Origin: Vulcanimicrobiaceae bacterium
GTDB taxonomy: Bacteria > Vulcanimicrobiota > Vulcanimicrobiia > Vulcanimicrobiales > Vulcanimicrobiaceae
Assembly (NCBI GenBank): GCA_046262595.1
Contig: JBHEMM010000026.1
Span: forward strand, 14,929 to 26,703
Reading direction: 5' to 3'
DNA length: 11,775 nt
A program made the position numbers and the translations under genes. Shown piece by piece: positions 1 to 9,337 of the stretch (the stretch's first letter is position 1; each line of letters starts with the position of its first letter). The notes below the pieces were generated by a model. The model was not told the origin of the DNA, ran no database searches, and saw only the letters and a program-made list of their open reading frames with translations.

Positions 1-2
1 TG

Positions 3-791
3 CAGACGCTGATGATTCCCAAGGACCCCGACGACGACAAGGACGTGTTTATCGAGATCCGTGCCGGCGCGGGCGGCGACGAGGCGGCGATTTTCGCCGG
101 AGATCTTGCGCGCATGTATATGCGCTACGCCGAAAACCAGCGCATGAAGACCGAACTGGTCTCGGAAAATCAGAGCGACTCCGGCGGCTATAAAGAGATC
201 GTTTTCGCCGTCAAAGGCAACAACGTCTACCAGCATTTCAAGCACGAATCGGGCGTCCATCGCGTACAGCGCGTGCCGGTCACGGAATCGCAAGGCCGCG
301 TGCATACCAGCACCGCGACGGTTGCCGTACTGCCGCAGGTTGACGAAGACGCCGGCGTGGAGATCAATCCGGCCGATCTGCAGATCGATACGTATAAGTC
401 CAGCGGCGCGGGCGGGCAGTACGTCAATAAAACGGAGTCGGCCATTCGCATCACGCACGTACCCTCGGGGATCGTCGTCGCCTCACAGCAGGAGCGCTCG
501 CAGATTCAAAACCGCGCCAAGGCGATGGATATGCTGCGCGCCATGCTGCACGATCGCAAACGGCGCGAGGCGGAAGAGGCCATGGGCAGCATGCGCCGCG
601 CTCAGGTGGGGACCGGCGACCGTTCGGAGAAGATACGGACGTACAATTATGCCCAAGACCGCATTACGGATCACCGCATCAATCAGAACTTCGGGAACAT
701 CCGCGGCGTGATGGACGGTGACCTCGGACATATCGTCGAGGAGCTGCTCAAGGATGAACGAGCCCGCGCCCTGGCCGGTCAGGCCGCTTAG
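3..791 (+). CDS. prfA: Peptide chain release factor 1 (5'-truncated by window edge)
   Basis: Frame is open from base 3 ([28 protein letters not shown]). Contains the RF1 PxT specificity motif ([17 protein letters not shown]), the GGQ catalytic motif ([15 protein letters not shown]) and [11 protein letters not shown]. It is followed by prmC, as is typical. Confidence 0.98.
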   Translation, partial: QTLMIPKDPDDDKDVFIEIRAGAGGDEAAIFAGDLARMYMRYAENQRMKTELVSENQSDSGGYKEIVFAVKGNNVYQHFKHESGVHRVQRVPVTESQGRVHTSTATVAVLPQVDEDAGVEINPADLQIDTYKSSGAGGQYVNKTESAIRITHVPSGIVVASQQERSQIQNRAKAMDMLRAMLHDRKRREAEEAMGSMRRAQVGTGDRSEKIRTYNYAQDRITDHRINQNFGNIRGVMDGDLGHIVEELLKDERARALAGQAA

Positions 792-806
792 CCCCGGCTT
801 CACGTT

Positions 807-1700
807 ATGATCGCCGCCCACAAGCCGCAAACCGTTGCGGCGACGCTCGCGCGCGGCACGCTGCTGCTTGCGAAAACGAGCACCTCTCCCCGGGCGGACG
901 CGCAGATTCTTCTGGCGCACACGCTGGGACGCGAACGCGGATGGCTCATCGCGCACGGCGAGACGTTTCTTTCGCGTGCGCAGGCGGAAAAGTTCGTGGG
1001 CCTGTGCGGGAAACGCGCGACGGGGATGCCGGTCGCATACATTACCGGCTTCGCCGGTTTCTATAAACGCGAATTCGCCGTAAACGAAAACGTGCTCATT
1101 CCGCGCGCGGAAACCGAGCATCTCGTGGAAGACGCCATCGCGTTTTTACAAAGCAAGGTCACTGACGATGCTCCCGTCAGGCAATTGTTCACGGTGTTTG
1201 AAGCGGGCATCGGCAGCGGCGCCATCGCGTGCTCGCTTGCCGCCGAACTGCCCAATGCCATCGTCGAAGGCACCGACATCAGCCTGGCGGCGATCAAAGT
1301 CGCCGAGTACAACGCGCGCCGCCTGAACGTTCACACCCGCTGCCGCTTTTCTTACGCCGACATCGCGCGCATGAGCGATGAGAAGAAGTACGATGTCGTG
1401 GTAGCCAATCTGCCGTATATTCCCAGCGCGCAGGTGCCGCGAAAGCCCGATCCCGCCGGCTTCGAACCGGCCATGGCATTGGACGGCGGTGCAGACGGTT
1501 TGACGCAGTACCGCAAGCTGCTCGAGGCCGCGCCGCGGCTGCTGCGTTCGGGCGGCCTGCTGCTGATCGAGGCCGCGCCTGCGACCATTGGAGCGCTCGC
1601 CGCACTCACCCAAACGGCGTTTCCCGGCGCCGCGCTGGAGGTCAAGCGCGATCACGCCGGCATCGACCGCTACGTTTGCGTAAAGCCGGTCAAACGCTAG
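807..1700 (+). CDS. prmC: Release factor glutamine N5-methyltransferase PrmC/HemK
   Basis: Contains R..GMPVAYITG...FY, VLIPRAETE, SAM-binding AGIGSGAIA, the NLPY (NPPY-type) motif and FEPAMALDGGADGL. Lies directly downstream of prfA. Confidence 0.96.
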   Translation: MIAAHKPQTVAATLARGTLLLAKTSTSPRADAQILLAHTLGRERGWLIAHGETFLSRAQAEKFVGLCGKRATGMPVAYITGFAGFYKREFAVNENVLIPRAETEHLVEDAIAFLQSKVTDDAPVRQLFTVFEAGIGSGAIACSLAAELPNAIVEGTDISLAAIKVAEYNARRLNVHTRCRFSYADIARMSDEKKYDVVVANLPYIPSAQVPRKPDPAGFEPAMALDGGADGLTQYRKLLEAAPRLLRSGGLLLIEAAPATIGALAALTQTAFPGAALEVKRDHAGIDRYVCVKPVKR

Positions 1701-1737
1701 GCCGCCGGAATGAGCCGCCTGAGGGCCCGGCGAATAA

Positions 1738-4128
<2,391 letters not shown>

Positions 4129-4153
<25 letters not shown>

Positions 4154-5160
4154 ACGCGCGCTTAACGCGCCAAATGTCGATCGGGATGAAGGCGTATGCG
4201 AGCGAACTGGCCGCGCGTCTTCCGCTTGCCGCGCCGGACTTGCGTTTCATTCCGTTCACGCATGGCGCGAATTTCACATTTGACGAACAAGTGCGGCTGC
4301 CGTTTACAATTGCGCGTTCCGGCGCATCGTTGACGCATTATTTGTCGCTTTACGCGCCGCTGCTCGCACCGCGGCCGTATGTCGTCACCGTTCACGATCT
4401 CATCCATCTGCGGTTTGCACGTTATTTCAAACGGCATATCGGTCCGTATTACCGCACGGCGGTGCGCAGGTTGTGCGCCCGCGCGGCGTTCGTCATCACG
4501 GATGACGAACGGACCGCCGGTGATCTCCAGACGTATCTGCGCATTGACCCCGCGAAGGTCCGCGTCATCGCGCTCGGCGCGGCGGATGTGTTTTTCGCGC
4601 CGGCGCCGCCGCACGCGCCGGACCGGCCCTATATCCTCTACGCCGGAAACCGCCGCGAGCACAAGGATTTGCCCACGTTGCTGCACGCATGGGCGGCACT
4701 GCCGGCGGGCATCGACGTCGATCTGTACCTTACCGGTCACGACGACGTCGTGAGTGCGGGCGGCGAACGCTTCGCACGAACGAACGGCCGCATTGTTGCG
4801 TTGGGCGATATCAGCGAACCGGAACTCGCATCGTACTATGCCGGAGCAAGCGCACTGGTGCATCCGGCGCTCTGCGAGGGCTTCGGCCTGCCGATGCTCG
4901 AGGCGATGGCGCAAGGCTGCCCCGTCATCGCTTGCCAGGACGCGGTTCCCGGCGTGCTGCGCAAGGCGGTGCTGACGTTCCCGGCGCGCGATTGGCGGGG
5001 CGCGAGCGCGGCCATCGAGCGCGTGCTTCAAGATGCTGCGCTGCAGCACGAGCTCAGGGCGCGCGGGCGCGCACATGCCGCCCCGTATACGTGGGATCGC
5101 TGCGCGCGCGAAACCGCGCAGGTCTATCGCGATGCGCTGCAGGAGAGAGCCGCGTGCTGA
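4129..5160 (+). CDS. Family 4 (GT-B) glycosyltransferase, MtfB/WbaZ-like
   Basis: Motifs VVTVHDLI, YILYAGNRREHKDL and EGFGLPMLEAMAQGCPVI (Ex7E), with a C-terminal YTWDRCARET. GTG at 4129 is the preferred start and overlaps the GT2 gene; the exact start is uncertain. Confidence 0.92.
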
Positions 5161-6620
5161 AACGCTTTTCCGCTGCCGGCCTCGCATTCTGCATGCTGCT
5201 CGGCGCATCGCCGAAAGCACCCGCGGGCAAGCGCGTGCTGCCAATCGCTCTGATCGTCAACGGTACCGCACTTGCCGTGAATCCGGCACCGATCAACGAG
5301 CGCGGACATTTGCTCGTGCCGGTGCGCCGCACACTCGCGGCACTGGGCTTCGATTTCGACCGCGAAGGCACGCGTATTTTCACGCACGTCGGCGCGGACA
5401 CCGTCCAGCTCACCAGCGCCGAACTGATCGGCAACACGCTGTATGCGCCGTTGCGGTTTTTCGCCGACGCACTCGGATCGCAAGCGGTGTTCAACCGCCA
5501 GACGAACAGTGTGGAGATTCTCTCAACGCTCGTCGGGCGCTCCGGTAACGGTATCGAAACGCAGGGAGGCGGCGTGCGCGAGTCCGGTACGCTGTCTGCC
5601 GTGGACCTCAATTCGTCCCCACCGACACTCACCCTTACGCACAACGCCTCGGTAAGAACGCTGCAAATTCGATCCGATGTGGACGTCATCGTGCAAGACG
5701 TGAACGCAGGCACGAGCAATGCGGGTGCGCTGGAAGACGTGCATGTCGGCGACTATGCCGAACTGCGCTTGGATCGCGGCGGCGCGATCAAGCAGCTCGT
5801 CGACGCATACGGCTCGCGTTTGGGACGAGTCGCCGGCTCGGGCGCGGGCGCCATCGTTTTGGATGACGGGCACGTGATTGTTCCCAACCGCTCCACCACG
5901 ATCACGCTGAATGGCTCGAACGTTTCGATGGACCGGATAGCGGTCGGCGACGAAGTGACGGTGCGCTACAACATTGACAGTTCTGAAGCGCGCGAGATCG
6001 TCGCCACACGTCCGTCGGAGGGACCGGCCGCAACGCAGGGCGCCGTAAGCATTGCCGCTCTTTCGTTCTCGCCGGTACGGCCGCTCAAACAAGGCGATGC
6101 GGTTCGCGTGCTGCTGCGCGGCACGCCGGGCGGCCGCGTCGCGCATTACGATATCGGATCGTATGTCCGCAATTTAGGTTTGCGTGAGGGCGCGCCCGGA
6201 ATCTATTCCGGCAGCTACATCGTGCACGGCCATATGAACTTTTCGGACGCCCCGCTCATCGGGCGCTTGAACGTCAACGGCACCGATGCCGCGCCGGCTG
6301 AATCATCATCGACGCTCTCGGTTGCGACCGAACCGCCGGGGGTCACTGATTTCGCACCTCAAAACGGCGACGTCGTGAACGATGTACGCCCGGGGATCTA
6401 CGCGACGTTCGGCGCCGGTGCGGTTCCGGTGAACGTCTCGAGTGAGCGCATCACGGTGAACGGGCACGACGTGACGACGACAGCGGTGCGCACCGAGCGA
6501 TTCATCGAGTATATTCCCGGCGTCGATCTCCGCCCGGGGCTCGTGCGCGTCACGGTGCAGGTGGCCGACGACGCCGGGAACCGCACGGCAAAAAACTGGG
6601 CGTTTACGCTCAAACGATGA
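5154..6620 (+). CDS. Secreted multidomain protein: copper-amine-oxidase N-terminal ('stalk')-like domain, two OB-fold-like repeats, C-terminal Ig-like domains
   Basis: SD AGGAG at 5141-5145 precedes GTG 5154. Signal-like N-terminus MLKRFSAAGLAFCMLLGAS. LIVNG...PINERGHLLVPVR..LAALG and GNTLYAPLRFFADALGSQAVF resemble the Cu-amine-oxidase N-terminal domain. Repeats LEDVHVGDYAELR and MDRIAVGDEVTVRY. C-terminus VTVQVADDAGNRTAKNWAF. The ORF-track start at 4689 lies inside the GT4 gene and is unlikely. Confidence 0.8.
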   Translation: MLKRFSAAGLAFCMLLGASPKAPAGKRVLPIALIVNGTALAVNPAPINERGHLLVPVRRTLAALGFDFDREGTRIFTHVGADTVQLTSAELIGNTLYAPLRFFADALGSQAVFNRQTNSVEILSTLVGRSGNGIETQGGGVRESGTLSAVDLNSSPPTLTLTHNASVRTLQIRSDVDVIVQDVNAGTSNAGALEDVHVGDYAELRLDRGGAIKQLVDAYGSRLGRVAGSGAGAIVLDDGHVIVPNRSTTITLNGSNVSMDRIAVGDEVTVRYNIDSSEAREIVATRPSEGPAATQGAVSIAALSFSPVRPLKQGDAVRVLLRGTPGGRVAHYDIGSYVRNLGLREGAPGIYSGSYIVHGHMNFSDAPLIGRLNVNGTDAAPAESSSTLSVATEPPGVTDFAPQNGDVVNDVRPGIYATFGAGAVPVNVSSERITVNGHDVTTTAVRTERFIEYIPGVDLRPGLVRVTVQVADDAGNRTAKNWAFTLKR

Positions 6621-6958
6621 CCGGGTGTCTTTTTTGCCGCATTATTGCCGGCGAGATTCCGGCGCGTTTCGCGCACCGCGATGACGATGTTGTCGCCATT
6701 GCCGACGTTAACCCGCAGGCGCCGCAGCATCTGCTCGTCATCCCGGTAAACCACGTGCCCGATCTGCCTTCACTCGCCCAGGCGGCGCCACCCGGACTGA
6801 TCGCTAAAATTTTCAGCGTGGCGGCTCAGTTGGGACGTCAGGAAAGCGCGGGCGGCTTCCGCGTGGTGGTCAATACAGGCGAACTTGGGGGGCAGACGGT
6901 GGACCACGTGCACGTGCATGTCTTGGCGGGCCGCGAAATGCGTTGGCCGCCCGGCTAA
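6617..6958 (+). CDS. hinT: Histidine triad nucleotide-binding protein (HINT/HinT, PKCI-like)
   Basis: N-terminal CLFCRII, DVNPQAPQHLLVIP, the HIT motif GQTVDHVHVHVLAGR and a C-terminal WPPG. ATGA overlap with the upstream gene. Confidence 0.95.
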   Translation: MTGCLFCRIIAGEIPARFAHRDDDVVAIADVNPQAPQHLLVIPVNHVPDLPSLAQAAPPGLIAKIFSVAAQLGRQESAGGFRVVVNTGELGGQTVDHVHVHVLAGREMRWPPG

Positions 6959-6973
6959 GAGGGGTTTGTATTC

Positions 6974-7218
6974 CACGCTACTTAGTATACGCGGCGTAAA
7001 GTTTTGGTTAGCAGTCTTACGGAAGTCGAAAGCGTGCGTTGCGACATTGAGCATAATGACCGTAACCGCCGCCGGCTGTTTCGTTTGACGCCCGTTTGAC
7101 GTTTTCGCGCTTCGCGGAGCGCCAAGCGAAACGTCGGATGCGGAATAAGTAGCACGTGCAGGTTTTGTCACACGACACGTGTAAAGATTTCGCATCCCGC
7201 TTGAACTCGTCGCGGGAT
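6974..7218 (+). other. Structured intergenic region (candidate ncRNA or cis-regulatory leader)
   Basis: Several nested complementary segments can be read directly: 6977-6984/7146-7153, 6992-6997/7131-7136, 7027-7035/7099-7107. Competing local hairpins at 7098-7135, 7136-7197 and 7194-7218. No family recognised. Confidence 0.35.
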
Positions 7219-7256
7219 ATTGCTGCATCAATTCTTTGTGGAGGCCTAATCACTCT

Positions 7257-8513
7257 ATGCACCACCTTTTGAAGGCGACTGCGGTCGTTTCGTTTGCTGC
7301 CTTGCTCGCATCGTGCGCCGGCGGCTCGAACAGCGCGCTGCCGTCGAGTTCGACCGGTTCTTCGCCGCAGTCGACGTACCGCACGGCGAGCGCGAACACG
7401 GTTCGCGGTTCGTTCGCGCGCGTTTGCGGCGCGCCGGCGCCGGGAACGGCCGCTTGCCATGCGCTCATCCGCACCGACGCCGCCGCGAACGGCACGTCCG
7501 GTCCAACCGGTTACAATCCGGCCGACATCCAATCCGCGTATGCGCTTCCCTCTTCGACGGCCGGAGCGGGTCAAACCGTCGCCATCGTCGATGCATATGA
7601 CGATCCGAAGGCGGAGAACGACGTCAACGTGTACCGTTCGCAGTTTGGCATCCCGGCTTGTACGACGGCCAACGGCTGCTTCAAGAAAGTGAATCAGAGC
7701 GGCGTTCAAGGAAGCTACCCGCGCGGCAACGGCGGTTGGGCCCAAGAAATCTCGCTCGATCTCGACATGGTCAGCGCGGTTTGTCCGAACTGCCATATTC
7801 TGCTGGTGGAAGCCAGCTCGTCGAGCCTGACGAACCTCGGTTCCGCGGTCAACACGGCCGCAAAACTGGGCGCAAATGCGATCAGCAACAGTTACGGCGG
7901 CGGCGAAAGCTCGAGCGATACGAGCTACGACAGCTCGTACTATAACCATCCGGGCGTCGCCATCACGGTAAGCTCGGGCGACGGCGGCTACGGCGTCGAG
8001 TATCCCGCAGCCTCCCAGTACGTTACCGCGGTCGGCGGAACGTCGCTCAAGAAGTCCTCGACCGCCCGCGGCTGGACGGAAACGGTTTGGAACACCAGCA
8101 GCACCGAAGGCGCCGGCAGCGGTTGCAGCGCCTACGATCCGCAGCCTTCGTGGCAGAGTGCGGTTGCCGCACTTAAGGCCGTCTGCAGCAAGCGCGCCGT
8201 TGCCGACGTTTCGGCCGTTGCCGATCCGTACACGGGCGTCTCCATATACGACAGCTACTCCTACCAAGGCCAAAGCGGCTGGATGGTCTTCGGCGGCACG
8301 AGCGTCGCCTCGCCCATCATCGGCTCCGTCTACGCGCTCGCGGCGAACGAGTCTTCCGTAACGTACGGCTCGTATTCGTACAGTCACACGTCGTCGCTGA
8401 ACGACGTCACCAGCGGCAGCACGGCATCGTGCGGCAACGTCCTGTGCACCGCCGCAGCCGGTTGGGATGGTCCCACCGGCAACGGAACGCCGAACAGCAC
8501 CGGCGCGTTCTAG
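7257..8513 (+). CDS. Lipoprotein S53-family (sedolisin-like) serine-carboxyl peptidase
   Basis: SD GGAGG at 7240-7244 and ATG 7257. Lipobox LASC after a hydrophobic stretch, then a Ser/Thr-rich linker. S53 motifs: EISLD (ExxxD), ISNSYG, SSGDGG (oxyanion Asp), YPAASQYVTAVGGT, DVSAVAD, catalytic GGTSVASP and Ca-binding GWDGPTGNGTP. Confidence 0.92.
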   Translation: MHHLLKATAVVSFAALLASCAGGSNSALPSSSTGSSPQSTYRTASANTVRGSFARVCGAPAPGTAACHALIRTDAAANGTSGPTGYNPADIQSAYALPSSTAGAGQTVAIVDAYDDPKAENDVNVYRSQFGIPACTTANGCFKKVNQSGVQGSYPRGNGGWAQEISLDLDMVSAVCPNCHILLVEASSSSLTNLGSAVNTAAKLGANAISNSYGGGESSSDTSYDSSYYNHPGVAITVSSGDGGYGVEYPAASQYVTAVGGTSLKKSSTARGWTETVWNTSSTEGAGSGCSAYDPQPSWQSAVAALKAVCSKRAVADVSAVADPYTGVSIYDSYSYQGQSGWMVFGGTSVASPIIGSVYALAANESSVTYGSYSYSHTSSLNDVTSGSTASCGNVLCTAAAGWDGPTGNGTPNSTGAF

Positions 8514-8534
8514 CCGTCTGCACCGCGGCGAATC

Positions 8535-8566
8535 AAGGGGCCCCGCAAAGGGCCCCTTTCCTTTTT
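8535..8566 (+). terminator. Rho-independent terminator after the S53 peptidase
   Basis: AAGGGGCCC-cgcaaa-GGGCCCCTT perfect 9-bp stem followed by TCCTTTTT, starting about 20 nt after the stop codon. Confidence 0.85.
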
Positions 8567-8585
8567 GGATGCCCTATGGTATCGT
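8557..8585 (+). promoter_or_regulatory. Putative sigma70/sigmaA promoter for rpsU (extended -10)
   Basis: TTTCCT (8557-8562), a 17-nt spacer, then TG-n-TATCGT (8577-8585). Overlaps the terminator tail. Confidence 0.4.
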
Positions 8586-8657
8586 CATCAATCGGGCCCG
8601 TATGGGTCTGGGTAAATTTGCCGCGTCTTCGCGGCCTTGAAGGGAGGGTTGAATTGA

Positions 8658-8828
8658 ATGGAAGTACGCGTAGCTCCGGGCGAGTCCATTGAAAGCGCGC
8701 TTCGCCGTTTCAAGAAAGCCACCCAAAAGGCCGGTGTTTTAGCCGAGGCGCGAAAGCACGAGCATTACGAGAAGCCCAGCGTCCGCCGCAAGAAAAAGTC
8801 GGCGGCTGCGCGCAAACGGCGCGCCTAG
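8658..8828 (+). CDS. rpsU: 30S ribosomal protein bS21 (56 aa; absent from the ORF track)
   Basis: Manual translation: [56 protein letters not shown]. Strong SD AGGGAGG at 8641-8647. TAG overlaps the GTG of yqeY by 1 nt. Confidence 0.97.
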   Translation: MEVRVAPGESIESALRRFKKATQKAGVLAEARKHEHYEKPSVRRKKKSAAARKRRA

Positions 8829-9271
8829 TGGCGGCCCTCAAAGACCGCATCGCCGCGGACCTCCGTGAAGCGATGAAGGCACGGGAACAACTTCGGGTCG
8901 ACACCTTGCGGTCGGCCCTTTCCGGTTTTACCTACAAGCGCACCGAAGCCGGAGCGGACCTTTCTGACGCGGACGAACTCGAGGTGGTGCGCAAACAGGT
9001 CAAGCAGCGCAGCGACTCGTTCGCCGAATTCGAAAAAGCCGGCCGCACCGATTTGGCGGAAAAAGAGTCCAAAGAGCGCGAGATTTTGCTGGCGTATTTA
9101 CCGGCCCAGAAGTCGGCGGACGAAGTGCGCGCCATCGTGAAGGCCGTCTTGGCCGAGCTGCCCGGCGGCAAGCGCGACCAAGGCGCCGCGATGAAAGCCG
9201 TCATGCCGCAGCTCAAAGGCTTGGCCGACGGCAATCTCGTGCGCAAGATCGTCATGGAAGAGCTCGCCTAA
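8828..9271 (+). CDS. yqeY: GatB/YqeY domain protein
   Basis: Motifs LKDRIAADLREAMKARE, KQVKQRSDSFAEFEKAGRTDLAEKE..E..IL.AYLP and GAAMKAVMPQLKGLADG..V. The rpsU-yqeY adjacency is well established. Confidence 0.95.
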   Translation: MAALKDRIAADLREAMKAREQLRVDTLRSALSGFTYKRTEAGADLSDADELEVVRKQVKQRSDSFAEFEKAGRTDLAEKESKEREILLAYLPAQKSADEVRAIVKAVLAELPGGKRDQGAAMKAVMPQLKGLADGNLVRKIVMEELA

Positions 9272-9302
9272 AAACGGCTGCTGTGCCGGACGGCAAGAGA
9301 AG

Positions 9303-9328
9303 CGCAACTTTTCGCTAACCTTCAGGTA
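9303..9328 (+). promoter_or_regulatory. Putative ECF-sigma promoter for nfeD-floA-yqfB
   Basis: CGCAAC (9303-9308), followed by TTTT, then GGTA (9325-9328) after a 16-nt spacer. This matches the AAC-N16-nGTA layout of SigW-type promoters. Confidence 0.35.
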
Positions 9329-9337
9329 GCTCTTCAT

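Noticed and set aside
4689..5153. 155-codon N-terminal extension of the secreted protein in the ORF track
   Set aside because: It overlaps the conserved GT4 C-terminal domain and is Arg-rich nonsense. The SD and signal peptide support a start at 5154.
6904..6920. Repeated CACGTG palindromes in hinT
   Set aside because: Explained by the His-Val-His-Val-His codons of the HIT motif.
6957..7125. Lysine riboswitch-like words in the expected order (AGAGG, AGTA, GAAAG, GGCTGT, GGAGCGC)
   Set aside because: The GCCGAA junction is missing, there is too little sequence for P3 and P4, and P1 does not close. This is likely coincidence; an Rfam RF00168 scan would settle it.
7155..7172. Possible CRP/FNR-type site (TCACA half-site at 7168-7172)
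   Set aside because: The partner half-site at N6 spacing (TGCAG) does not match TGTGA.
7017..8387. 456-aa minus-strand ORF, and other long antisense ORFs (4162-5244, 2071-2793, 1146-1835, 483-1121)
   Set aside because: These are antisense shadows of well-supported + strand genes in high-GC DNA. They are Arg/Ala-rich with no recognisable motifs.
9295..9334. Glycine riboswitch-like fragments (GAAGCGCAA ... AACCTTCAGGTA)
   Set aside because: The GGAGA and CCGAAG elements are absent, the spacing is off by a base in both motifs, the gap is too short, and the downstream genes are unrelated to glycine.
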